This document shows, piece after piece, positions 21,586-31,456 of a stretch of 55,175 bases of DNA. The notes beneath the pieces were generated by a model. The model ran no database searches and was not told where the DNA came from. It saw only the letters and a list, made by a program, of their open reading frames with translations. Source of the stretch: an uncultured Ruminococcus sp. (GTDB lineage: Bacteria > Bacillota > Clostridia > Oscillospirales > Ruminococcaceae); the NCBI GenBank assembly GCA_905199285.1, contig CAJKFZ010000001.1, forward strand, positions 1-55,175. Reading direction: 5' to 3'. Both the position numbers and the translations under genes were made by a program. How positions within the stretch are numbered: the first letter of the stretch is position 1; each line of letters begins with the position of its first letter.

Positions 21586-21601
21586 GCAAGTTAATAACTA
21601 C

Positions 21602-21630
21602 ATTATACATTGCGTTTCAGGATTTGTCAA
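21602..21630 (-). promoter_or_regulatory. Sigma-A promoter of leuA
   Basis: Perfect TTGACA-17-TATAAT. Confidence 0.85.
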
Positions 21631-21702
21631 GGGTTTTTGAAAAAATTTTCATAAATTTAAATTGTGACAGCGTGTTCACATAGAAATTATGCGGACAGAT
21701 TC

Positions 21703-23349
21703 TTAATTTTTATCCGCTGGACAGAATTCCGCCAGAACTTCATTAAGCATTTCCGGAATAAACTCGTAGTGTCCGGAACCGGGATATAATTTGCATTCAA
21801 AATTCGTAAAGCCATAGGATTCAAGGCGCTTTGTCAGATTTTCAACTCCCTCTAAGGTAGAATCGTTATCGCCGTAATATTCTTCATAAACGGGATCTTC
21901 ATCAGCTCCGGCGCAGATAAATATGCGTTTGTCAAGAGTATCGTTTCTGTCAAAATAGCCGTATTCCGACTTGACTTCCGACAGGTTTGCGTATGGCAGA
22001 AATCCCGGCGACCAGAATGCAGGACTTCCGATAATATAATTGCCGAAGGGCTGATTTTCGTATTTATCGGAATTAAAAACGGCATAGTGAGCAAAAGTTC
22101 CGCCCAGCGAATGCCCGTACAGCGTGGAATTGCTGAAATCCACATTGTACTGCTCACCAAGGTAAGGCATAAGATTATCTGTTATGAAATCAAGAAATTC
22201 CTTGTCTTTTTCACAGAAATATTTCTTTCTGTTTGTATCGTCCATGCCGTTCATTGAATAATCATAGCCGATGCTTACAAGCAATGCGTCGCCTGCGTTT
22301 CCGTTTTCCATTTCCTTTCTGAGCGCCGGATGATTTCCGAAACGCCACACTCCGTCTGTCAGCACAAAAGCCGGATATGTTTTTTCGGGATCAAAATCGG
22401 GCGGCAGAGTAACGTGTACTATGAAGTTGGTATTGAGTTCCTCATCGTAAATTGATATTTCCTTTACAAAGTCAGCTATTTCTTTTGTTGCGTCATGCTC
22501 TATCTCCCACACACAGTCTTGATACAAATATTTTTCTGTTGTGCCATATTCAAGTTCGACATAACTTTTATTTATAATTGCTTCCCATACACGGATAGTA
22601 CGCTGATATTCAGCCTCGATCTCGCTTTCATCTAATGTTCCCGATGATGCAAAATATTCTATATTCTTATGGATATGCGCCTTTAATTCGTCAAAATTAG
22701 CAGCTTTAGACAAGCCGGCTGTCTGGAGAGCTTCCTCTTCGGTGATCTCGCTGCCGTCTTTATCAAAATAATGAATTCCGGTTTCATCTGTTTCCCAGAT
22801 GATTTCGGTTCTGTCCCTGAGTTCCTCTTCCGTAATTTTATTGCCGTTTTCATCTAAATAATAAGTTCCGCTGTCATCAGTTATGCAGGTATAATTCTGA
22901 CCATATGTTATTTCTCCGCCGTCATAGTCGAGAGTCGGCAGACCCGAAAGTATCATCTGTCCGTCAACAAAAGCGGAATGTAAGACATCGCTTTCACCTA
23001 TTGAATCCAAAATTTCCTGTATTTCTTCCTCTGTAATGTATGTATCATTGGGGTGATTTTCAATATAGTGAGACCAGTAGTCTTTCATCTGTTCCGGAGT
23101 CCATATCTCGAGCCAGACGCCCTCTTCGGGGATTTTTTTCTGTTCATAGTCAAAGACTGTAAGTTCGCCGACGCTGACGTTCTGTAGTTCTTTCTCCGTC
23201 ATATGGTTTGTAAGCTTTACCGCTGAATCTGTTTCAATATTTGCAGATTCATACGAGATTTCCCGTGTGCTGCTCTGATTTTTCGATTCGCAGGAGACTG
23301 CGGACAGCAGAAATACAAGAGACATACAAATTGCGGTGAGTTTTTTCAT
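21703..23349 (-). CDS. Lipoprotein with C-terminal alpha/beta-hydrolase (esterase) domain
   Basis: Signal peptide with lipobox-like AVSC. V.LPPDF, GHSLGG, GSPAFW and C-terminal GH. Confidence 0.8.
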   Translation of the reverse strand: MKKLTAICMSLVFLLSAVSCESKNQSSTREISYESANIETDSAVKLTNHMTEKELQNVSVGELTVFDYEQKKIPEEGVWLEIWTPEQMKDYWSHYIENHPNDTYITEEEIQEILDSIGESDVLHSAFVDGQMILSGLPTLDYDGGEITYGQNYTCITDDSGTYYLDENGNKITEEELRDRTEIIWETDETGIHYFDKDGSEITEEEALQTAGLSKAANFDELKAHIHKNIEYFASSGTLDESEIEAEYQRTIRVWEAIINKSYVELEYGTTEKYLYQDCVWEIEHDATKEIADFVKEISIYDEELNTNFIVHVTLPPDFDPEKTYPAFVLTDGVWRFGNHPALRKEMENGNAGDALLVSIGYDYSMNGMDDTNRKKYFCEKDKEFLDFITDNLMPYLGEQYNVDFSNSTLYGHSLGGTFAHYAVFNSDKYENQPFGNYIIGSPAFWSPGFLPYANLSEVKSEYGYFDRNDTLDKRIFICAGADEDPVYEEYYGDNDSTLEGVENLTKRLESYGFTNFECKLYPGSGHYEFIPEMLNEVLAEFCPADKN

Positions 23350-23607
23350 TTTTTATCATCCTTTTCTTGAGTATTAGAGTGTGTTTTCATATATAAGTGA
23401 TTTTAAAGTACTGAAAAGACGAGATAAAAAAGCAATTTGTAATTTGTTACAATTATATATTGTGAAATTTGTCTAATACCAACAAGAACATTCATTGCAC
23501 CAGTCATACAATTATTTCGATCTTTTATATTATTCTATTGAAAAAATTTCGTAAATTTTCGCATACAATATGCGGAATCAGCTCACAATATTACTGGGAG
23601 CGTATTT

Positions 23608-24147
23608 TTAATCAATAATAGGAGGAGCGGGAGCGTTTTCCTTGTCTTTTCGGAGTTTTTTTCGTATGCGTCTTTCCTCGCAGGCGTCATAAGAGAAAAA
23701 TTGAATGACCGAGATCGCAAGCGTCAGCAGGAAAGGCGCAGCCGTGGGAATAAGTCTTACTCTGTACATATCGCCTACGGGAAGATTTTCATATTTGCCT
23801 ACTCCCATCCATCCAGCAGATTCGGCGTGTCTGATGAGACGATACGTCATGGTCATACATAAAGCGAAACCTGCTGACGAAAGAAAAGGCGCAATAAGAT
23901 TTGGAAGGCTCTTACGGAAAAGACAGAGAACGGCAGCGGTAGTCATGAGAGAACCGGAAATAATTAGCTTTGTGCCGTATCCCGATATTACCGAACCGTA
24001 GCTTTCTTTATTGCTGATAAGACCTGCGCCCGTCATCATGATCATAAAAATCGGGTAAACAGCCGTTGAAACGATAAGAATTATTTTAGCGGCGGTCATT
24101 GAAGGTTTTTGTTTTGAAAATTGCTGTTTTTTATTTTTCATAAGCAT
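23608..24147 (-). CDS. Hypothetical membrane protein
   Basis: 179 aa, about 4 hydrophobic segments, basic C-terminal tail. Confidence 0.7.
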   Translation of the reverse strand: MLMKNKKQQFSKQKPSMTAAKIILIVSTAVYPIFMIMMTGAGLISNKESYGSVISGYGTKLIISGSLMTTAAVLCLFRKSLPNLIAPFLSSAGFALCMTMTYRLIRHAESAGWMGVGKYENLPVGDMYRVRLIPTAAPFLLTLAISVIQFFSYDACEERRIRKKLRKDKENAPAPPIID

Positions 24148-24271
24148 ATTCTCCCAATAATACCGCTATTTTACATGGAATCAGCGGTACATATTTTCAA
24201 TAATAAAGTTCATGCATTGATGTATAATAAATTTGAGGGAAAACCCTCATTCCAGAGAAAGGAATTATAAA

Positions 24272-25501
24272 ATGCATTTAAAAAGAAAAATTATCAAGTC
24301 AACTGCGGCAGTATTATCTGCTGCATTTGTTTGTTTATTCTCAGCTGCGGGTTATTATTCGTCGAAGCTTCCTGCGGTAATAACAAAAGAACCGTCAGCG
24401 GAGCTTAGAATTGCCGAATATCCGGAAATAAGCTGTTTGGCTGATTCGGATTCCGTAGTTCAGACGGCGAGTGTGTTTCCGCATTCAGATCAGGTTACGC
24501 TTTCGCTTTTCGGAGCAATTCCGGTTAAAAACGTTCAGGTTCGTGAAGCAGAAGCGCCTGTTCTTGCCGTCGGAGGAAATCCGTTCGGGATAAAGCTTCT
24601 TATGGACGGCGTTATGGTCACAGAGCTTGGCGCTGTTCTTGATGAAAGCGGACGGACTATATGCCCGGCTGAAAATGCGGGAATACAGGTCGGCGACGTT
24701 ATAAAAGCTGTTAACGAAGAACCGATAGTATCCAACAGCAGGCTTCAGGAGATAATAGCTGAAAGCGATGGAAATGGCATAAAGGTAACTGCCGAAAGAG
24801 ATGGCAGCGAATTCACGGTAACGCTTGAACCGGTTTTCTCCAAAAAGACTAATATGTGGCGTGGAGGAATGTGGGTTCGTGACAGCGTTGCAGGAATCGG
24901 AACGGTAACTTTTATCAACAAAAAAACTGGAGAATTTGCCGGTCTTGGACATCCTATATGCGATGCCGATACCGGAGAACTGGTGCCTTTATACAGCGGA
25001 GAAGCTGTACCTGTTGAAATAATGGAGGCTAAAAAGGGTGAAAAAGGAATTCCCGGAGAGCTTCGTGGATGTTTCAGAAAAGGCGAGGCATACGGTACTC
25101 TTAATCGAAACAACAACTGCGGAATTTACGGAAATCTAACGGACGAGGCTGTTGAGGAGCTGTGTGAAAACGCTGAGGAATTCACAATGGGTTATCGTCA
25201 GGAAATAACGACGGGAAAAGCTGAAATTTATACGACAGTTTCCGGCTGCACTCCCGAAAAATACTCGATCGAGATAGAAAGCGTTGATTTCAACAGCGAT
25301 GACGATTCCAGAAATATGGTGATACGCATAACGGACAAGCGTCTTATCGAAGCTGCCGGGGGTATAATTCAAGGCATGAGCGGAAGTCCTATAATACAGG
25401 ACGGAAAGCTTATCGGAGCGGTAACTCATGTGTTTGTAGCCGATCCGACACGGGGTTATGCGATATTTGCCGAAAATATGGTGGAATATCTTGAGGGATA
25501 G
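24272..25501 (+). CDS. spoIVB: SpoIVB peptidase (S55) with PDZ domain
   Basis: WVRDSVAGIGTVTF, GLGHPICD, GGIIQGMSGSPIIQDGKLIGAVTHV. Start MHLKR behind AAAGGA. Confidence 0.92.
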   Translation: MHLKRKIIKSTAAVLSAAFVCLFSAAGYYSSKLPAVITKEPSAELRIAEYPEISCLADSDSVVQTASVFPHSDQVTLSLFGAIPVKNVQVREAEAPVLAVGGNPFGIKLLMDGVMVTELGAVLDESGRTICPAENAGIQVGDVIKAVNEEPIVSNSRLQEIIAESDGNGIKVTAERDGSEFTVTLEPVFSKKTNMWRGGMWVRDSVAGIGTVTFINKKTGEFAGLGHPICDADTGELVPLYSGEAVPVEIMEAKKGEKGIPGELRGCFRKGEAYGTLNRNNNCGIYGNLTDEAVEELCENAEEFTMGYRQEITTGKAEIYTTVSGCTPEKYSIEIESVDFNSDDDSRNMVIRITDKRLIEAAGGIIQGMSGSPIIQDGKLIGAVTHVFVADPTRGYAIFAENMVEYLEG

Positions 25502-25528
25502 CTGAATAAAATAGAATAAAACAAAATC

Positions 25529-25552
25529 GGGCGTTACCATTAAGTAACGCCC
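25529..25552. terminator. Terminator between convergent spoIVB and ptsH
   Basis: GGGCGTTAC/GTAACGCCC stem with a T-rich tail on the minus strand. Confidence 0.65.
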
Positions 25553-25571
25553 CAACTGCATTTAAGTAAAA

Positions 25572-25844
25572 TTATCTGCTTTCCTCACTGAAACCGCTGT
25601 CAACAAGCTCGATAAGTGCGTCTACAGCAGCCTTTTCGTCAGCACCGTCAGCGATAACCTTAACGTTAGTTCCGCCTACAATACCAAGTGAAAGAATACC
25701 AAGCAAGCTCTTTGCATTTACTCTGCGTTCTTCTTTTTCAATCCAGATAGATGATTTGAATTCATTAGCCTTCTGAATAAAGAAGGTTGCAGGTCTTGCG
25801 TGAAGTCCAACCTGATTCTTAACCATTACTTCTCTTACAAACAT
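25572..25844 (-). CDS. ptsH: Phosphocarrier protein HPr
   Basis: GLHARPA (His15), VNAKSLLG (Ser46), ADGADE. Confidence 0.93.
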   Translation of the reverse strand: MFVREVMVKNQVGLHARPATFFIQKANEFKSSIWIEKEERRVNAKSLLGILSLGIVGGTNVKVIADGADEKAAVDALIELVDSGFSEESR

Positions 25845-25919
25845 ATACAACTCTCCTATTCTCTGTGATCTCGACAGTCCTTGCTGCCAAGCTGCAAATT
25901 TATTTCAATTGCTGTACTC

Positions 25920-25948
25920 ATTATACATTCAATTTTTTGTATAGTCAA
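25920..25948 (-). promoter_or_regulatory. Sigma-A promoter of ptsH
   Basis: TTGACT-17-TATAAT. Confidence 0.7.
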
Positions 25949-26166
25949 TGGATTTTTTGCTACAAATCCCTGCATTTTAATAAATTCTACATTTAGATTA
26001 AATCCCGGCTTAAAAAATCTTATTTGCTTGTTAATTATCACTACAAAATAATGTTGATAGTAATTGTTGAAAATATATAATAAACGGTGTTATAATATGG
26101 TTAATTCGTCTAAATGGAAATTATAATGCAATGTATACTTAAAGTATAAAAACAGCTGAAGAAACT

Positions 26167-26868
26167 TTAAAAAGGATGTTTTTTATTATACTTTTCCAGA
26201 AGATCCGGTCTGCGCTTTGCGGTTATTTCAAGGCTTTGTTCGTGCCGCCATTTTTCGATATTTTTGTGATGTCCCGATAAAAGTACGGGCGGAACAGCCA
26301 TATCTTCCCACACCTCGGGACGTGTATACTGAGGATATTCAAGCAGACCGCTGTAAATGCTTTCGTCCGTGAAGCACAGCTCATCGGATAAAACTCCCGG
26401 ACACATTCTTGCAACAGCGTCCGCAACAGCCATCGCAGGGATTTCTCCGCCTGTCAGAACATAGTCGCCGATAGAAATTTCCTCATCCACGATTTTATCG
26501 AGAATACGCTGATCTACGCCCTCGTAGTGACCACAGATTATGAGGATATTTTCCATTCCGGCAAGCTCAATTGCTTTTTGCTGATCGAAAATTTTTCCCT
26601 TCGGCGACATATATATAGTATGCGGCTTCGCTCCCATTTCGTCACAAACAGCCTTGTAGCAGTTGTATATCGGCTCGCACTGCATTACCATTCCCATGCC
26701 GCCGCCGTAAGGAGTATCGTCAACACGCCGGTGTTTATCCTGAGTATAGTCCCGTATCTGACGGCAGTTAAGCTCGATTTTTCCGGCTTTTCTGGCTCTT
26801 CCGACAATGCTTTCGCCGAGTACGGCTTCGCACATTTCGGGGAAGAGAGTCATGATTTCTATTTTCAT
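26167..26868 (-). CDS. trmD: tRNA (guanine37-N1)-methyltransferase
   Basis: TLFPE, VDDTPYGGG, CGHYEGVDQR, SIGDYVLTGGE, LEYPQYTRP. Confidence 0.97.
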   Translation of the reverse strand: MKIEIMTLFPEMCEAVLGESIVGRARKAGKIELNCRQIRDYTQDKHRRVDDTPYGGGMGMVMQCEPIYNCYKAVCDEMGAKPHTIYMSPKGKIFDQQKAIELAGMENILIICGHYEGVDQRILDKIVDEEISIGDYVLTGGEIPAMAVADAVARMCPGVLSDELCFTDESIYSGLLEYPQYTRPEVWEDMAVPPVLLSGHHKNIEKWRHEQSLEITAKRRPDLLEKYNKKHPF

Positions 26869-27368
26869 TCAAACAGTCCCTCCAGCGGACGGATAGTCAT
26901 GGTATTTTCGTCGATATCGGTAGTTATAACGACTTCGGGGATTGCCGGAATGAGATATTCTCTGTCCTTTCCCTGAACGACGTACACATCGTTAGCTCCT
27001 GTCTGCATAACATCGGTGATTTTTCCGTAGACGAATCCCGAATCAGCGTCGGAGACCTCGATTCCTATTAAATCTTGAATGAAGTAGGTGTCCTCGTCAA
27101 GCTCAAGGTCGTCACGGTGCATATACAGGATTTTGTTGCGGAGCCTTTCGGCGACTTCGGGAGTATCGTATCCCTCCAGCTTTGCTATGACCATATTTTT
27201 GAAAACACGGGAACGCTCGACGTTTATTTCCTCGTGATTTTTGCCTAAAAAGAGCCTGTCAAATTCGCAAAGAAGCTCCGGATAGTCTGTGTAGGGCATG
27301 ATTTTTACCTCGCCCTTTATTCCGTGAGTTGTAACGATTTTTCCGGCTTCGAGATATTGTTTTTTCAT
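26865..27368 (-). CDS. rimM: Ribosome maturation factor RimM
   Basis: GKIVTTHGIKGEVK, DLIG, TGANDVY, LIPAI. Adjacent to trmD. Confidence 0.95.
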   Translation of the reverse strand: MKKQYLEAGKIVTTHGIKGEVKIMPYTDYPELLCEFDRLFLGKNHEEINVERSRVFKNMVIAKLEGYDTPEVAERLRNKILYMHRDDLELDEDTYFIQDLIGIEVSDADSGFVYGKITDVMQTGANDVYVVQGKDREYLIPAIPEVVITTDIDENTMTIRPLEGLFE

Positions 27369-28114
27369 TCTGATATCCTCATTGATGAAATAATTTGTTT
27401 TGATGTTTCTTCGCCTGCGCCTTTTATCACAGCAAAATAATGTTCGCTGCCTCCGCTGTCAGGATATATAGTCACAGTCCAGAAGCTGTCACTGTACATA
27501 TCGGATATGTCTTCCGAAACATAAGCGGTGAATCCATCGCCGGACATTTTCCATACGTTTTCAATAGCCCATGCATTTTCCTTTATGTCAGCGAATTCGA
27601 AGAACACTTTTCTATCCATTGAACGCAGCTTCAGACACATTTCAGCGTTTAACCTGTCTTTGATGAACCACAGTATATCGCTGCTTGCGTCGTAATTGAC
27701 AGGATACTTATCGTCAACGGCTTTGAAAAAGCTTCGATAATCGGATTCTTCATATTCGTAATGTTCCCACTGATCGACGTCGTGACCGTATTCATTCAGA
27801 AGAGCCTCAGTTTCTGCCATATCCCACTGGAGTATCATAATTGTGATCTTTTCATCAGGAGAACGCAGTCCGTGAGAAGTTTTAGTTTTTTTATAATCAT
27901 CCGGAGCTTTTAACGATATGCCGTTTAAATCATATGATTTAAACGTATCGGGAATATCGACTGTTTCAAATTTTCCGATAGTTCTGTCGATGTCCTTATA
28001 TTTATGCTTTACCTTGATGTAGGTGAAAATTCCCGGATAAAATATAAATATCACAAGAGCAATAATAAGGGGTATCCCCAGAATAATCCCACTGATTTTC
28101 ATGGCTTTTTTCAT
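27365..28114 (-). CDS. Hypothetical protein with N-terminal membrane anchor
   Basis: 249 aa, one hydrophobic N-terminal segment. Stop overlaps the rimM start. Confidence 0.75.
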   Translation of the reverse strand: MKKAMKISGIILGIPLIIALVIFIFYPGIFTYIKVKHKYKDIDRTIGKFETVDIPDTFKSYDLNGISLKAPDDYKKTKTSHGLRSPDEKITIMILQWDMAETEALLNEYGHDVDQWEHYEYEESDYRSFFKAVDDKYPVNYDASSDILWFIKDRLNAEMCLKLRSMDRKVFFEFADIKENAWAIENVWKMSGDGFTAYVSEDISDMYSDSFWTVTIYPDSGGSEHYFAVIKGAGEETSKQIISSMRISE

Positions 28115-28126
28115 AGCAGTTTATCC

Positions 28127-29566
28127 TTAGTTCTTCATCTCGAAGTTTTCGCCGAGAACGTCCTTGTTTGCTTCAAGGATAGGATTGATGCACTCGCTGA
28201 GGAACTCGTCAACCTGCTGAGAGCTTCTTCCTGTGTAGTTTTCAGGCTTGAGAACAGCGTCAAGCTCTTCCTTTGTGACCATGAACATGGGGTCGGCTTC
28301 GATAAGCTCGCAAAGATTGTTGTCTTTGCCGTAAACCTTGACCTGTTCGCCTGCCATCATTGAGTAATCCATGATTCTGTCGTGAAGTTCCTGACGGTTT
28401 CCGCCCTTCTTAACAGCGTCCATCATGATATTTTCGCTTGCCATGAAAGGAAGCTCCGCCATAACACGTCTGCGGATGATCTCAGGGTATACGACAAGAC
28501 CGTCGGTAACGTTCATCATGATGTTGAGGATTGCGTCAACTCCGAGGAAAGCCTCTGCAACGGAGATTCTCTTGTTTGCGGAGTCATCGAGAGTTCTCTC
28601 GAACCACTGTGTTCCGGCTGTGAATGCAGGGTTAAGGCTGTCTATCATGACATATCTTGCAAGTGAAGTGATTCTCTCGCATCTCATAGGATTTCTCTTG
28701 TAAGCCATAGCAGAAGAGCCTATCTGCTTCTTTTCACGGGGCTCTTCCATTTCCTTGAAGCTCTGGAGGATTCTCATATCGTTGGAAAACTTGCTGCATG
28801 ACTGAGCGATTCCGCTGAGAACGGCAAGAACCTGCGAATCCATTTTGCGTGAGTAAGTCTGTCCGGAAACGGGAACAACGCTGTCGAATCCCATTTCTTC
28901 GGCGATCATTTTTTCAAGCTGTTTTATTTTGTCGGTATCACCCTCGAAAAGCTCCATGAACGAAGCCTGAGTTCCCGTTGTTCCCTTAGAACCGAGGAGC
29001 TTGAGTGTAGAGATTCTGTATTCAAGGTCGTTGAAATCCATAAGGAGTTCGTTGAGCCAGAGTGTTGCTCTTTTTCCGACTGTAGTGAGCTGGGCCGGCT
29101 GAAGGTGAGTGTATGCAAGGCACGGCATATTCTTGTATTCATCGGCAAATTTTGCGAGATTGTTCATGACGTTTACAAGCTTTCTTTTTACAACTTCAAG
29201 AGCGTCACGCATAATGATAACGTCAGTGTTGTCGCCGACGTAGCAGGAAGTTGCTCCGAGGTGAATAATGCCGGCAGCATCAGGGCAAACCTGTCCGTAA
29301 GCGTAAACGTGGGACATAACGTCGTGGCGGCATACCTTTTCCCGAGCTTCGGCAACTTCGTAGTCGATATCGTTTATATGCTCTTCAAGCTGCTTTACCT
29401 GAGCTTCGGTAACGGGCAGACCAAGCTTCATTTCAGCTCTTGCAAGCGCTACCCAGAGTTTTCTCCATGTTGTGAATTTTTTATCGGCAGAGAAAATATA
29501 CTGCATTTCCTCGCTTGCGTAACGTGTACAGAACGGACTTTCATAGCTGTTGATATTCTTACTCAT
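28127..29566 (-). CDS. purB: Adenylosuccinate lyase
   Basis: RHDVMSH, IHLGATS, THLQPAQ, GSSAMAYKRNP, QWFERTLDDS. Confidence 0.96.
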   Translation of the reverse strand: MSKNINSYESPFCTRYASEEMQYIFSADKKFTTWRKLWVALARAEMKLGLPVTEAQVKQLEEHINDIDYEVAEAREKVCRHDVMSHVYAYGQVCPDAAGIIHLGATSCYVGDNTDVIIMRDALEVVKRKLVNVMNNLAKFADEYKNMPCLAYTHLQPAQLTTVGKRATLWLNELLMDFNDLEYRISTLKLLGSKGTTGTQASFMELFEGDTDKIKQLEKMIAEEMGFDSVVPVSGQTYSRKMDSQVLAVLSGIAQSCSKFSNDMRILQSFKEMEEPREKKQIGSSAMAYKRNPMRCERITSLARYVMIDSLNPAFTAGTQWFERTLDDSANKRISVAEAFLGVDAILNIMMNVTDGLVVYPEIIRRRVMAELPFMASENIMMDAVKKGGNRQELHDRIMDYSMMAGEQVKVYGKDNNLCELIEADPMFMVTKEELDAVLKPENYTGRSSQQVDEFLSECINPILEANKDVLGENFEMKN

Positions 29567-29612
29567 TATTAAAATCTCCTTTGTCGTGCGCAGAGCACAT
29601 TATTTCATTATG

Positions 29613-29641
29613 ATTATACCATTTTTATCTTAATATGTCAA
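29613..29641 (-). promoter_or_regulatory. Sigma-A promoter of purB
   Basis: TTGACA-17-TATAAT with extended TG. Confidence 0.8.
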
Positions 29642-29645
29642 TTGT

Positions 29646-29905
29646 ATGAAAACGTTATTTCATAACAGCAGTTTTGCGCCTATTTGCGTTGATAAGGGGG
29701 ACGCTGTCCCCCTTACCCCCTGCCAAATGGGTAATTACCCCTTTGGAAACCCACAATTAATTATTTCAAATCCCCGTAAAGGGAATTTGAAATAATTATG
29801 GCATATGTCCAAAAGGGTATACGCTTTGGTAAGAAGTAAGAGAAAAAAGGTTCACCTATTAACGCAAATTGAAGCAAAAACTACTGCTTTGAAAAAACTT
29901 TTTCA
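29646..29905 (-). repeat. Palindromic repeat copy 5, long self-paired form
   Basis: Core 29693-29752, AT-rich hairpin 29758-29798, long imperfect closing stem (ATTTGCGTT/AACGCAAAT). Confidence 0.85.
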
Positions 29906-29910
29906 GGCAC

Positions 29911-29939
29911 TTGACATTTTCTGTAATATAACGTACAAT
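29911..29939 (+). promoter_or_regulatory. Sigma-A promoter of glyQS
   Basis: TTGACA-17-TACAAT. Confidence 0.75.
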
Positions 29940-29973
29940 AATAGATAACATCATTGAAATGAGGTAAATAAAA

Positions 29974-31380
29974 ATGCTGAAAAATAATGAAAAAGTAATG
30001 GACAAAATTGTTGACCTTTGTAAATCCAAGGGTTTTGTATATCCCGGCTCTGAAATTTACGGCGGTCTTGCCAATACATGGGACTACGGTCCTCTTGGAG
30101 TTGAGCTGAAAAACAATATAAAAAAAGCATGGCTGAAAAAATTCGTTCAGGAAAACAAGTATAATGTTGGTCTTGACAGCGCTATCCTTATGAATCCCCA
30201 GACATGGGTGGCTTCCGGACATATCGGCGGATTCTCCGATCCTCTTATGGACTGCAAGGAATGTAAAACACGTCACCGTGCAGACAATCTTATCGAGGAT
30301 TTCGACGGAACTAACGTTGCTGGCTGGACTAACGAACAGATGATGGACTATATAAAGGAACATGAAATTGCCTGTCCGAACTGCGGAAAGCATAATTTCA
30401 CCGATATCCGTCAGTTCAACCTTATGTTCAAGACCTTCCAGGGCGTTACCGAGGACAGCAAATCCGAACTTTATCTTCGTCCGGAGACAGCTCAGGGTAT
30501 TTTCGTAAACTTTGCAAATATCCAGAGAACTACTCGTAAGAAGGTTCCTTTCGGCGTTGCTCAGGTCGGAAAATCTTTCAGAAACGAAATCACTCCTGGA
30601 AACTTTATCTTCCGTGTCCGTGAATTCGAGCAGATGGAGCTTGAATTCTTCTGCAAGCCGGGTACAGACCTCGAGTGGTTCAGCTACTGGAGAAGCTTCT
30701 GCAAGAACTTCCTCCTCAGTCTCGGACTCAAAGAAGAAAATATCCGTCTCAGAGACCATTCCGCAGAGGAGCTTTGCTTCTATTCAAAGGCTACGACAGA
30801 TTTCGAGTACCTCTTCCCGTTCGGCTGGGGCGAGCTTTGGGGTGTAGCCGACAGAACAGACTACGATCTCACACAGCATATCAACACCAGCGGAAAGTCC
30901 CTTGAATACTTCGATCCGGAAACAAATGAAAAGTACATCCCATATGTTATCGAGCCTTCTCTCGGCGTTGAAAGACTTTTCCTTTCTATCGTTACAGAAG
31001 CTTATGACGAGGAAGAGCTTACATCCGTTGACAAAAACGGCAACGAGAAGAAAGAAACAAGAACCGTTATGCATTTCCATCCGGCTCTTGCACCGTTCAA
31101 GTGCGCTGTTCTTCCGCTTGTAAAGAAGCTTACTCCAAAGGCTGAGGCAGTTTACGAGATGCTTTCCAAGAAGTTCATGGTTGACTTTGACGAAACAGGT
31201 ACTATCGGTAAGAGATACCGCCGTCAGGACGAGATCGGTACTCCTTTCTGTATCACTTACGACTTCGATACTCTTGAAAAGGACAACTGCGTGACTGTTC
31301 GTGACCGTGATACGATGCAGCAGGAGCGTGTTGCTATTGACGATCTTGTTGCTTATCTTGAAGCAAAAATGGTATTCTGA
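29974..31380 (+). CDS. glyQS: Glycine-tRNA ligase, homodimeric type
   Basis: [52 protein letters not shown]. Confidence 0.96.
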   Translation: MLKNNEKVMDKIVDLCKSKGFVYPGSEIYGGLANTWDYGPLGVELKNNIKKAWLKKFVQENKYNVGLDSAILMNPQTWVASGHIGGFSDPLMDCKECKTRHRADNLIEDFDGTNVAGWTNEQMMDYIKEHEIACPNCGKHNFTDIRQFNLMFKTFQGVTEDSKSELYLRPETAQGIFVNFANIQRTTRKKVPFGVAQVGKSFRNEITPGNFIFRVREFEQMELEFFCKPGTDLEWFSYWRSFCKNFLLSLGLKEENIRLRDHSAEELCFYSKATTDFEYLFPFGWGELWGVADRTDYDLTQHINTSGKSLEYFDPETNEKYIPYVIEPSLGVERLFLSIVTEAYDEEELTSVDKNGNEKKETRTVMHFHPALAPFKCAVLPLVKKLTPKAEAVYEMLSKKFMVDFDETGTIGKRYRRQDEIGTPFCITYDFDTLEKDNCVTVRDRDTMQQERVAIDDLVAYLEAKMVF

Positions 31381-31418
31381 TTAAAGTAAATCAGGCAAAG
31401 CAACAGTTTAAAATTTAA

Positions 31419-31456
31419 AAGGACGAACCGTAAAATAGGTTCGTCCTTATTTTTTT
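31419..31456. terminator. Probably bidirectional terminator between glyQS and metH
   Basis: AAGGACGAACC/GGTTCGTCCTT stem with flanking A and T tracts. Confidence 0.8.

Noticed and set aside
29940..29973. T-box upstream of glyQS
   Set aside because: The leader is only about 30 nt. The structured DNA upstream is the repeat element.
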